Assembly: GCA_037132255.1 (NCBI GenBank)
Contig: JBAXPN010000001.1
Span: forward strand, 81,020-145,019
Reading direction: 5' to 3'
From: Candidatus Falkowbacteria bacterium
GTDB lineage: Bacteria; Patescibacteriota; Patescibacteriia; Patescibacteriales; UBA12465
Length of the DNA stretch: 64,000 nt
Part shown: piece by piece, positions 1 to 8,673 of the stretch
How positions within the stretch are numbered: the stretch's first letter is position 1
Layout: each line of letters opens with the position of its first letter
Translations under genes and position numbers: made by a program
The notes under the pieces: model-generated
Told to the model about the DNA's origin: nothing
Database searches by the model: none
Seen by the model: only the letters and a program-made list of their open reading frames with translations

Positions 1-258
1 CTTAAAAGAAAAAATATTTTTGGCATGCCAGAATATTCGAAGGTATGGCGGGATTTCCGCAAGACGAGAATAATCAGAAGGGAAATAATATGTTTTAATT
101 CCGTTACTTGTCGGATTTAAATCTGCCTTTGGTCGGCAGCTAATTAAAAAAACATCATGGCCCTGTGCCTTGAGTTCGGCGATCATATTTTTTACAACCG
201 TCTCGGCACCACCGCGGTTATAGGGATAGTATAGATTATTAGCGAGAGCAATTTTCAT
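1..258 (-). CDS. glycosyltransferase, GT4-like; N-terminal part only, since the gene runs off the window start
   Basis: The reverse complement from 258 reads MKIALANNLYYPYNRGGAETVVKNMIAELKAQGHDVFLISCRPKADLNPTSNGIKTYYFPSDYSRLAEIPPYLRIFWHAKNIFSFK with no stop to position 1. The Gly-rich N-terminus is typical of GT4. It is absent from the ORF track because there is no stop in the window. Confidence 0.65.
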   Translation of the reverse strand, partial: MKIALANNLYYPYNRGGAETVVKNMIAELKAQGHDVFLISCRPKADLNPTSNGIKTYYFPSDYSRLAEIPPYLRIFWHAKNIFSFK

Positions 259-1386
259 TTATTTAAAGATATTTTCTAAATGTTTCTTGATTTGATTGTT
301 GTCATATTTTTTTTCAGCTAAGCGTCTTGCTGATAGTGCCATTTCGCGGCGCATTTCTTCATTCTTAAAAATTGAATCAATTTTTTCCTTCAAATCACTA
401 ACACTTCCTGGTTCAACTAATAATCCCTCGACATGGTCAGTAAATACTTGACGGACACCCGGTAAATTTGAAGCAATAACGGGTACTCCGCAGGCTAAAG
501 CTTCAATGAGGACTAAGCCGAATGCTTCATTGCTATTTATTGAGGGCAGAATAAATAAATCAGCGTTTTGGAAGGAGCGGATAAGTTCCGGCTCATCTAT
601 TTTGCCGACAAATTCAATTTGCTTCTCTATCTTTAAATCATGAGCTAGGCTCTCGTAACGCGCTCGCAGATTACCGTCGCCGACTATTTTAAGGCGCCAA
701 TTGCGGCTGCAAAGAATAACTAATGAGTTTAGTAATACTTCAACTCCTTTAAAGTAATGTGCGGAATCAAGCCCGCCAACAAATAATAAGTTTAAACGAT
801 CACGCTTGATAAATTTATCATTGATATAATGAACAATTTCTTGCGCGCGGGCAATAGTTTTATTTTCTAAATGGCGATTGATTAATTTAGGTTGAAATTT
901 TTTAATATCAAGTCCGAAGGGTATTTCTTGGAATTTTTCCTTATGGGTCTCGTAATAATCTTTAATCTGGCTAGATTTAATATAGTCGAGGCTTCCGCAA
1001 ATAATAGTGTCCGCCTGATTCAAAAGCGAATTGCGGATTAAACGGCTCGGGATACTTAATAATTTTCCGAGTGGATTAAGACCGCGGACATCCATGTGAT
1101 ACTGAATAATTAATTTGGGACGGGAAAAAAATAATTTAAAAAACCAAACAACTTCTGCGCTACCGAAAAAGGGATAATGCAAATAAATATAATCAAACTT
1201 ATTTAATTTCCAAAATAATTGTGGTAAAAAAGCGCCGTGGCCATAGTGAAGCCAAGGTTTTAAAGTTACGGGGGTAAAGGTCGTAATTTCATTCGCACCA
1301 GCAAGTAAATTATTTATTCGCTCGGCGCTATTACCAATTCCGCCGGGGTAAGGCGGGAAAGCGCAAACGATTGAAGCAATTTTCAT
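259..1386 (-). CDS. glycosyltransferase family 4 (GT-B fold)
   Basis: 375 aa. N-terminal PPYPGGIGN and C-terminal NEAFGLVLIEALACGVPVIASNLPG (E-x7-E motif of retaining GT4 enzymes). Its stop abuts the next GT4 start. Confidence 0.85.
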   Translation of the reverse strand: MKIASIVCAFPPYPGGIGNSAERINNLLAGANEITTFTPVTLKPWLHYGHGAFLPQLFWKLNKFDYIYLHYPFFGSAEVVWFFKLFFSRPKLIIQYHMDVRGLNPLGKLLSIPSRLIRNSLLNQADTIICGSLDYIKSSQIKDYYETHKEKFQEIPFGLDIKKFQPKLINRHLENKTIARAQEIVHYINDKFIKRDRLNLLFVGGLDSAHYFKGVEVLLNSLVILCSRNWRLKIVGDGNLRARYESLAHDLKIEKQIEFVGKIDEPELIRSFQNADLFILPSINSNEAFGLVLIEALACGVPVIASNLPGVRQVFTDHVEGLLVEPGSVSDLKEKIDSIFKNEEMRREMALSARRLAEKKYDNNQIKKHLENIFK

Positions 1387-1407
1387 AGTAAGGGATTAAG
1401 GATTAAA

Positions 1408-1728
1408 TTACTTCTTGAGACTTAGGGCCTGGTTAAGTTCACTGATATTTTTTTCCATTTTAGCAATTGTTAGTCGCATGCGGAAAACTTGATAAATTAG
1501 AGCCAGCACAACAAGATAAACTAAGATATTTATCGCTGCTCCGGAAAAACCGAGCCAAGCAACAAGCGCATCTATTTGTTTGATAAAAATAATGGCGCCA
1601 AAAGCAATTAACCAAAAAATTAGCCAGAGCAAAAATTCAGAGCCATTTATTTGTTTTTTATTTTTCTGATTAAAAAGTCGGATTAGAAAGAAAACAATGA
1701 CGATAAGTGCTAATATTTGCTGCAACAT
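1408..1728 (-). CDS. small multi-TM membrane protein, DUF2304-like (a GT2 partner)
   Basis: 106 aa with a hydrophobic N-terminal two-thirds and an amphipathic tail (TIAKMEKNISELNQALSLKK). It lies 2 nt downstream of a GT2 gene, the usual context for this family. The family was recalled, not searched. Confidence 0.5.
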   Translation of the reverse strand: MLQQILALIVIVFFLIRLFNQKNKKQINGSEFLLWLIFWLIAFGAIIFIKQIDALVAWLGFSGAAINILVYLVVLALIYQVFRMRLTIAKMEKNISELNQALSLKK

Positions 1729-1730
1729 AT

Positions 1731-2393
1731 TTAGTTAATTAATTTTTGAATTAATATATCTTTAATAATTTTAAATCCGCCGCTAAGTTTTTGGCCGTAT
1801 TCATGATAGACAACGGTAATCGGCACTTCGATGACTCGGTCATTGTTTTTAAACAACTTATAAATAATTTCGCTGCAATGCGCCATGCCGTCATTTTCTA
1901 TTTTTAGTTTTTGTGCGCTGACGCGACTCAGGGCACGGAAGCCGCTTTGGGGATCACTAAGACGAATATTAAAAAATAAGCGGTTGATGAGCCGCGCTAG
2001 AGGCATAATCAGATTATTTTTCAGTTTCGGAAGATTTGATTTCTTACTTAAAAAGCGTGAGCCGAGAACGGCATCGGCTTCATTATTAAGAAGAGGCGCC
2101 AGCATCTCAGGAATTTCAGCTGCTTGAAATTGATCATCGGCGTCAAAGTGGATTATTATATCAGCCCCGCGATCAAGCGCTAATTGCGTTCCAGTTCGGA
2201 GCGCTGCACCCTGGCCGCGATTAATAATATGACGAACAACAATTGCTTCGCTTTGACTGGCAATTTGAAATGTTCGGTCGCTGGATGCATCGTCAACGAT
2301 AATTATTTCATTTACAAAAGGCTTGAGCTTGGAAATTACCAGGCTAATATTTTTTTCTTCATTGAAAGCGGGGACGACACAGCTTATTTTCAT
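1731..2393 (-). CDS. glycosyltransferase family 2 (polyprenyl-phosphate sugar synthase-like)
   Basis: 220 aa with VVPAFNEEKNI, IIVDDASSDRT and DADDQ (DxD) motifs. Confidence 0.88.
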   Translation of the reverse strand: MKISCVVPAFNEEKNISLVISKLKPFVNEIIIVDDASSDRTFQIASQSEAIVVRHIINRGQGAALRTGTQLALDRGADIIIHFDADDQFQAAEIPEMLAPLLNNEADAVLGSRFLSKKSNLPKLKNNLIMPLARLINRLFFNIRLSDPQSGFRALSRVSAQKLKIENDGMAHCSEIIYKLFKNNDRVIEVPITVVYHEYGQKLSGGFKIIKDILIQKLIN

Positions 2394-3409
2394 AGTAAAC
2401 CGTTTTTAGTTTTTTTCTGATGGTCATGGCTGAGTGGTTCATAACCCTCACCCAGAGCGAGGCGGCCTAATTTTTCCCAGAATTTTTCTTTTGTTTTATC
2501 AATTGCTGAGTCGCTCAGGAAATTTTTTATTGCCGGGCTTAATTCAAGAATTTCAAATAAGCCAATCTCTCGACGTTTAACGCGCACTGTTCGCTTAGTT
2601 TTATTATTCGCTCTTTTCAGTGGAGCTAAACGTTGATTAATAATCAGTTTAAGGCTATCTAATTTTAATTTCAAGGGTTGTTTTAATTTAAGATAGGCGA
2701 GCAAAACTTCCCAAACAGAGTTGGCTGTTATAGTAGCTAAAACCAAGCGTCCTGTCGCGGCGGCAGTACTCGCATTTTTGAAATCTTCTTCGGTGTTTAT
2801 TTCTGTCACAATAATATCGGAGTCGTGATTCATGACTTTTTCCCAATTACTATTTGAGACGGCGAGATTATTCACGCCTTCAAGCTCGTACTCAAGTCGA
2901 TTACCAATAAAATAGATATTGCGTTTAGGGCTGTTTAATTCTTGAAGTAGGGAATAAAGAGTCATGCTTTTCCCCTGGCCTTGTGGTGAGCTGATTAGAA
3001 TAAGACCGGATTCGCGTTTAAGCGCCCTTTGAATTAGTTTTAAACTTTGCGTCCCGAAGCCTAATTGTTTTAAACGTAAGAGATGGGAATTTTTTGGGAT
3101 AATATTAATAATTATTTTCTCTCCTGAGCCTGATGGGCTAATTGTAAGATAAAAAGTTAATTGATAATTTTTATCTTCAATTTTACAATATTTTTTTGTC
3201 GTTAATTCGTCGGGGGCTAACTTCAAAATTTGGCGCAAGGCCAGGCTTAGGTCTTTTTCCAATTTCTTCGGTAAACCGAAAGAACGCTCCTCACCGTCAG
3301 CAAAACGGTAGTGGAGAGCTATCTTTTCGGGTACGCCTTCGATTATTAAGTCTTTGGCCCCTTCACGCGCGGCGTAATTAAAGAGGTTCTTGATGATTTT
3401 TTTGCTCAT
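2390..3409 (-). CDS. GspE/PilB-family secretion ATPase homologue with degenerate catalytic boxes
   Basis: 339 aa. AKDLIIEG resembles ASDIHIEP; the Walker A-like box is SSPQGQGKS; the Walker B-like box is DSDIIVTEIN; the His box reads GRLVLATITAN rather than ..LHTN. It overlaps the GT2 start by 4 nt. Confidence 0.7.
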   Translation of the reverse strand: MSKKIIKNLFNYAAREGAKDLIIEGVPEKIALHYRFADGEERSFGLPKKLEKDLSLALRQILKLAPDELTTKKYCKIEDKNYQLTFYLTISPSGSGEKIIINIIPKNSHLLRLKQLGFGTQSLKLIQRALKRESGLILISSPQGQGKSMTLYSLLQELNSPKRNIYFIGNRLEYELEGVNNLAVSNSNWEKVMNHDSDIIVTEINTEEDFKNASTAAATGRLVLATITANSVWEVLLAYLKLKQPLKLKLDSLKLIINQRLAPLKRANNKTKRTVRVKRREIGLFEILELSPAIKNFLSDSAIDKTKEKFWEKLGRLALGEGYEPLSHDHQKKTKNGLL

Positions 3410-3462
3410 AATACAATTATTATACCTTATTTTATATTATTTTAAAATGTGTTAGAATAATT

Positions 3463-3921
3463 ATGTTAACCCGCATTTTTACGGGATTTAAGCGTTATCA
3501 AGATTTTATGGCTTACTCTAATTTTTATGCGCGTTTTTACGCTAGTATCGACAAAATAAAGGCGTCCTTGGGGGCGATTTTTCGTTATAAGCCAAGCCTA
3601 ATCTATTTTGCCTTGATAATCTTATGGCAGCTGATTTCTTGGTTCCAGTCCTGGCTCATTAGACGTAATTTAACGGGGGATGTTTTAGTCCTTCATTATA
3701 ATGTTGATTTCGGGATTGATCGTGTGGGCGCCCCTTCGTCGATTTATTATTATCCGCTTTTAAGTCTTGGCGTTTTTCTGCTTAATTTTATAATTTTAGC
3801 CTTACTGCATAAAGATAAAAACTTTAAGATTTTGGTGCATTTTCTTTTAAGTGCGGCTGCTTTATTTAGTCTATTTATAAGTATCGATTTATTGGCTGTT
3901 TATTTAATTAATTTTCGCTAA
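3463..3921 (+). CDS. hypothetical membrane protein
   Basis: 152 aa with about 3 hydrophobic helices. No motif recognised. The start context is attATG. Confidence 0.5.
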   Translation: MLTRIFTGFKRYQDFMAYSNFYARFYASIDKIKASLGAIFRYKPSLIYFALIILWQLISWFQSWLIRRNLTGDVLVLHYNVDFGIDRVGAPSSIYYYPLLSLGVFLLNFIILALLHKDKNFKILVHFLLSAAALFSLFISIDLLAVYLINFR

Positions 3922-3927
3922 TTCACT

Positions 3928-4977
3928 ATGATGGAATTTTACCTGGTTAAAATACTATTTTTTGCGACACTCGCATTTATTTTTGCCGCCCTGGCTACCC
4001 CTTTAGTAACCCATTATTTATATAAATATAAATTAGGAAAAAAGATTCGAAATAACGGCGCAACACCTGTTTTTAGCGAATTGCATGCCCATAAAGAAGG
4101 AACACCGACTATGGGTGGTGTTTTAATCTGGGGTACAGTTTTAATTCTAATCTTGGTGTTTTCACTATTTTATCGCTTTTTTCCAGGTGGAATCTTTCAA
4201 CATCTAAATTTTTTAACACGCGCAGAAACCTTGCTTCCACTGGGCGCCTTAGTTATTACCGCTTTAATCGGTTTATTCGATGATTGGCTGGATGTGCGCG
4301 GCAAGGGGGTTCTTGGTGGCGGTGGTTTAAAATTACGCCATCGAATATTAATTTATACTTTGATAGCGATTGTTGGCGCGCTTTGGTTTTATTTTAAATT
4401 AGACTGGACTGTCTTTCATGTTCCTTTCTTAGGTAATTTTGAAATTGGCGCTTGGTATATTCCTTTGTTTATATTTGTTATCGTTGCGACCTCGTTTTCC
4501 GTTAACGAAACTGATGGTCTTGATGGCTTGGCTGGAGGCACACTATTAATTGCTTTTATCGCCTATGGCGTTATTTCTTTCTCTCTCGGACGTTATGATT
4601 TAGCAACTTTTTGCGGCGCGATAATTGGCGCCTTGTCTGCTTTCCTCTGGTTTAATATTCCGCCCGCTCGTTTTTATATGGGCGATACCGGCGCAATGAG
4701 TTTAGGGGTTACTCTGGGGATTATCGCCATGTTAACTAATAGCGCTTTATTACTGCTATTTATTGGGGTTGTTTTCATTATTGAATCCTCATCGGTTATA
4801 ATCCAAGTTCTTTCTAAACGTTTAAGAGGGAAAAAGGTCTTTATTTCTTCACCAATTCATCATCATTTTCAAGCCCTTGGCTGGCCAGAAGCAAAGGTTG
4901 TTATGCGTTTTTGGGTGGTCGGAGCTGTTGGCTCAGCCATCGGTTTAATGATATTTTTACTTGATAAAAAATTCTAA
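3928..4977 (+). CDS. mraY: phospho-N-acetylmuramoyl-pentapeptide transferase
   Basis: 349 aa polytopic protein with TPTMGGVLIW, NETDGLDGLAGG and MGDTGAMSLG motifs, in a mur cluster context. Confidence 0.95.
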   Translation: MMEFYLVKILFFATLAFIFAALATPLVTHYLYKYKLGKKIRNNGATPVFSELHAHKEGTPTMGGVLIWGTVLILILVFSLFYRFFPGGIFQHLNFLTRAETLLPLGALVITALIGLFDDWLDVRGKGVLGGGGLKLRHRILIYTLIAIVGALWFYFKLDWTVFHVPFLGNFEIGAWYIPLFIFVIVATSFSVNETDGLDGLAGGTLLIAFIAYGVISFSLGRYDLATFCGAIIGALSAFLWFNIPPARFYMGDTGAMSLGVTLGIIAMLTNSALLLLFIGVVFIIESSSVIIQVLSKRLRGKKVFISSPIHHHFQALGWPEAKVVMRFWVVGAVGSAIGLMIFLLDKKF

Positions 4978-4997
4978 GTTGATAAAAGATTTCTCCT

Positions 4998-6152
4998 ATG
5001 GCTTTTAGTCGTTTGAAAAAAAAGTTATTTTCCGCTCCGTCCGGCGAGCATGAACCGGATAAGAGTTTACTGACAGCCATATTTGTTCTGTTAGTTTTTG
5101 GTTTGGTTATGCTTTTTAGCGCTTCCTCGGTTGTTTCATATTCGCGCTACGGTAATACATATCATTATTTTATTCGACAATTTGTTTGGGTAATTTTTGC
5201 GCTCGTTGCTTTCTTCGTCGTTCAGAAAATAGATTATCGCCGCTTAAAAAAGTTTGCGGTTTTCTTTTTATTTGCTTCAATTCTTTTATTATTATTAGTT
5301 TTTGTTCCAGGACTTCGAGCTGAATACGGAACAGCGCGTAGTTGGATTAATGTTTTTGGTTATTCTTTTCAGCCCTCGGAATTAGTTAAGCTATCGTTTT
5401 TGATATATTTAGCAACCTGGCTCGAGGCTAAGAAAGGGGAATTAAATGACTTTTCCAGCGGGATTGTCCCATTTTTAATCATTTTAGGCGTAATTAGCTT
5501 GCTAATGTTGGCTCAGCCTGATCTTGGCACTTTGTTTATTATTGTCTTTTCCGCAATTGTTGTTTTTTTTGCCGGCGGCGGAAAGGTCTCACATATTTTT
5601 TTAGTGGGGCTTATGGCCGGCTTATTATTATTTGTTGTGCTTAGTTTAAAATCTTCCTACCAGTCGGATCGTTTTAAATGTTTAAAGGATCCAAGTTTTA
5701 GCGCGCAAGATAAATGCTATCAGATTAACCAATCATTAATTGCGGTTGGTTCGGGCGGTTGGTTCGGGCGTGGTATTGGCCAAAGCCGTCAGAAATTTAT
5801 GTATTTACCGGAAGTTTGGGGAGACTCAATTTTTCCGATTATTGCTGAAGAGATTGGTTTTGTCTTTAGTACTCTCGTTCTTTTATTATTTTTATTTCTT
5901 TTTTATCGTGGGTTACTTGTTGCGCGTGGTGCCCCGGATTTATACGGAAGTTCTCTCGCTGTTGGAATTGTTGCTTGGTTGTCCGTGCAAACATTTTTAA
6001 ATATTGGCGGGATGATAAATTTAATTCCGATGACTGGTGTTCCTCTGCCGTTTATTTCGGCTGGTGGCTCGGCGATTTTATCTAATATGATTGCGATGGG
6101 TATTCTTGTTAATATCAGTAAACATACAAGAGGCTCAAGAAATTATTCTTAA
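4998..6152 (+). CDS. ftsW: SEDS-family peptidoglycan glycosyltransferase FtsW
   Basis: 384 aa with QPSELVKL, QPDLGT and IPMTGVPLPFISAGGSA. It lies between mraY and murG. Confidence 0.9.
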   Translation: MAFSRLKKKLFSAPSGEHEPDKSLLTAIFVLLVFGLVMLFSASSVVSYSRYGNTYHYFIRQFVWVIFALVAFFVVQKIDYRRLKKFAVFFLFASILLLLLVFVPGLRAEYGTARSWINVFGYSFQPSELVKLSFLIYLATWLEAKKGELNDFSSGIVPFLIILGVISLLMLAQPDLGTLFIIVFSAIVVFFAGGGKVSHIFLVGLMAGLLLFVVLSLKSSYQSDRFKCLKDPSFSAQDKCYQINQSLIAVGSGGWFGRGIGQSRQKFMYLPEVWGDSIFPIIAEEIGFVFSTLVLLLFLFLFYRGLLVARGAPDLYGSSLAVGIVAWLSVQTFLNIGGMINLIPMTGVPLPFISAGGSAILSNMIAMGILVNISKHTRGSRNYS

Positions 6153-6155
6153 TTT

Positions 6156-7250
6156 ATGGAAAATATAAAAAAAAGAACAATTATGTTTTCCGGCGGTGGC
6201 ACGGGCGGTCCAGTTACACCATTACTCGCCGTTGCGTCCGAGCTACTGCGTGATGATAAAAATCTAAATTTAATTTTTGTAGGCACTAAAACTGGACCAG
6301 TCGAAGAGCTGATTGATAAATTTAAGGATGGAAAAATTAAATTTATTACTATTCCGAGCGGAAAATTGCGTCGTTATTTTTCCTGGCAAAATTTTCTCGA
6401 CCTATTTAAAATTATTTCTGCCTTTTTCAAATCATTAAAAGTTTTAAGGAGCGAAAAGCCAGATTTAGTGATTAGCGCCGGCGGATTTGTGAGTGTTCCA
6501 CTTGTCTGGGCGGCGGCTGCTAAAAAAATTCCGATTCTTATTCATCAACAGGATATGCGCGCTGGGCTCGCCAATAAATTAATGGCTCCTTTTGCGCGGG
6601 TTATTACTGTTACTTTTGAAAAGTCTTTGATGGATTATGGTCCGCGCGCCGTATTAACTGGCAATCCTCTTAAAGATATAAGTCATTACCTGCAAAATAC
6701 GGTTGAAACAAGAAATCGCTACGGGTTTAAAATTGATAAACCTTTAGTCATGGTTATTGGCGGGGGAACTGGTGCCGTTGCCATTAATAATTTAATAGCG
6801 GAATCTTTACCAGAATTATTATTATTTTCTCAGGTTGTTCACTTAACTGGTCAGGGTAAAAAGCCGATCGTTGATATCAAAAATAATAATTATCAAAATT
6901 TTGAGTTTCTTAGCCAAGACGAGGTTTTGAGCTTGATGGCAACGTCCGATTTAATAATTTCTCGTTGTGGTTTTGGTACTTTGACTGAGATCGCGACTTT
7001 AGCTCGGCCGACTATACTAATCCCGATGCCTCATACTCATCAAGAAGATAACGCTAATCTTTTCAAATCGAGAGAAGCGGCAATTTATTTAGATCAAACT
7101 GGCTTAACGGCTCAAAAACTAATAGAAGAAATACAAAAAATAATTTCGGACGCAAAACTTAGGGGTAGCCTTAGCCATAATATTAGTAAAATCATGAAGC
7201 CTGACGCCGCGCAAAATATTGCCGCGATTATTTGGGAAATGATTAAATAA
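6156..7250 (+). CDS. murG: UDP-GlcNAc:lipid I N-acetylglucosaminyltransferase
   Basis: 364 aa with an N-terminal GGGTGGPVTPLLAV motif and GT28 C-terminal domain features (GGGTGA, RCGFGTLTE). Confidence 0.93.
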   Translation: MENIKKRTIMFSGGGTGGPVTPLLAVASELLRDDKNLNLIFVGTKTGPVEELIDKFKDGKIKFITIPSGKLRRYFSWQNFLDLFKIISAFFKSLKVLRSEKPDLVISAGGFVSVPLVWAAAAKKIPILIHQQDMRAGLANKLMAPFARVITVTFEKSLMDYGPRAVLTGNPLKDISHYLQNTVETRNRYGFKIDKPLVMVIGGGTGAVAINNLIAESLPELLLFSQVVHLTGQGKKPIVDIKNNNYQNFEFLSQDEVLSLMATSDLIISRCGFGTLTEIATLARPTILIPMPHTHQEDNANLFKSREAAIYLDQTGLTAQKLIEEIQKIISDAKLRGSLSHNISKIMKPDAAQNIAAIIWEMIK

Positions 7251-7251
7251 A

Positions 7252-8673
7252 ATGGCAAAAAAAATAAAAAACATATATCTAATCGGAGTAAAAGGCGTGG
7301 GCATGACAATGCTAGCGCAATTTTTAGTTGAGAAGGGAAATAAATTAAGTGGGTCTGATATTCCGGAAACATTTTTAACGGATCGGGTTTTAAAAAAAGA
7401 GAAAATTAAAGTATATTCACCGTTTAATGAGAAAAACATTCCGCGTAATCTTGATTTAATTATCCATTCACTCGCCTATAGCCCAGAAAACAATCTTGAA
7501 CTTGCCTATATCAAAAAAAATCCTAGTCTTTTTAAGAATATCCCGGTAATTACTTATTCCGAAGCTCTTGGTCAGGTTTTTAATGAATATTACGGGATTG
7601 CGGTTTGCGGTAGTCACGGGAAAACGACTACTTCGGCTTGGCTCGGTTATGTTTTATTAAAATCCGGGAAGGCACCGAGCGTTTTAGTCGGTTCACGCGT
7701 TCCGCAATTTGGCGGAAGTAGCGTGCTCGGCAAGTCAAAATACTTCGTGGCGGAAGTTGATGAATATAAAAATAAATTACAATATTGCTCACCGCAGGGA
7801 GTAGTTTTGAATAACATCGAATTTGATCATCCGGATTATTTTAAAGACCAAGCGGCTTATACAAAAGTTTTTGCTGATTTTTTAAAAAAAGTGCCGAAGA
7901 CGGGATGGCTAGTTATAAATAATAGTGATCCTGAAATAAAGAAGATTAAGAAATATTGCCGTGGCCAAGTTTTAACTTATGATGTTTCGCTTGAAGGCAA
8001 AAGCGTTGAAACCGTAAATTATTTGGCACAGAATTTAAAATTAAAAAACGGCTATCAAGTTTTTTCTGTAAATGATTGGGGAGAATTTAAAATAGGTCTT
8101 TGGGGAGAACATAATATTTATAACGCTTTAGCGGTAATCGCTGCCGCTCGTGCGCTTAAAGTCCCGATTCCGGAAATTAAGAAGCATTTAGCTGGCTTTA
8201 AAGGTACAGAACGACGCGCTGAGTTGCTTGGTAAGTATAAAGGCGCCTTAATTATTGATGATTATGCACATCACCCAACAGAAATTAAAAGCACCCTCCA
8301 GGGAGTACGCGAGCGTTATACTGAAAAGAATTTAATTACCGTCTTTCATCCCCATACTTTTACACGCACAAAAGCGCTATTTAAAGATTTTGTTACGAGT
8401 TTTAGTAATACTAATGAGCTCGTCGTTCTTGATATTTATGGTTCGGCGCGGGAAAAGCAGGGCGGAGTATCAAGCACGCAATTAGTCAAAGAAATATTAG
8501 CCTATAATAAAAAACATAAAATTTCTCAAACTGTTCTTCATATTGCCACTATTATTCAGGCAATTGATTATTTCAAAGATAAATTAGGCACAAGCGACTT
8601 GCTACTCTTGATGGGTGCAGGCGATGTTTTCCGAATTGCGGGCGGACTCTTAAAATATGGGAAAAAACAATAA
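7252..8673 (+). CDS. murC: UDP-N-acetylmuramate--L-alanine ligase
   Basis: 473 aa with IGVKGVGMTMLAQFL, the ATP site GSHGKTTTS and DDYAHHPTEI. Confidence 0.93.
   Translation: MAKKIKNIYLIGVKGVGMTMLAQFLVEKGNKLSGSDIPETFLTDRVLKKEKIKVYSPFNEKNIPRNLDLIIHSLAYSPENNLELAYIKKNPSLFKNIPVITYSEALGQVFNEYYGIAVCGSHGKTTTSAWLGYVLLKSGKAPSVLVGSRVPQFGGSSVLGKSKYFVAEVDEYKNKLQYCSPQGVVLNNIEFDHPDYFKDQAAYTKVFADFLKKVPKTGWLVINNSDPEIKKIKKYCRGQVLTYDVSLEGKSVETVNYLAQNLKLKNGYQVFSVNDWGEFKIGLWGEHNIYNALAVIAAARALKVPIPEIKKHLAGFKGTERRAELLGKYKGALIIDDYAHHPTEIKSTLQGVRERYTEKNLITVFHPHTFTRTKALFKDFVTSFSNTNELVVLDIYGSAREKQGGVSSTQLVKEILAYNKKHKISQTVLHIATIIQAIDYFKDKLGTSDLLLLMGAGDVFRIAGGLLKYGKKQ

Noticed and set aside
3196-3381. Short ORFs of 60-86 aa opposite or inside the GT2, ATPase, ABC, tuf, rplC, rplW, rplB, secY and primase genes listed in the track.
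   Set aside because: All are nested in, or antisense to, strongly supported genes and lack any independent signal.
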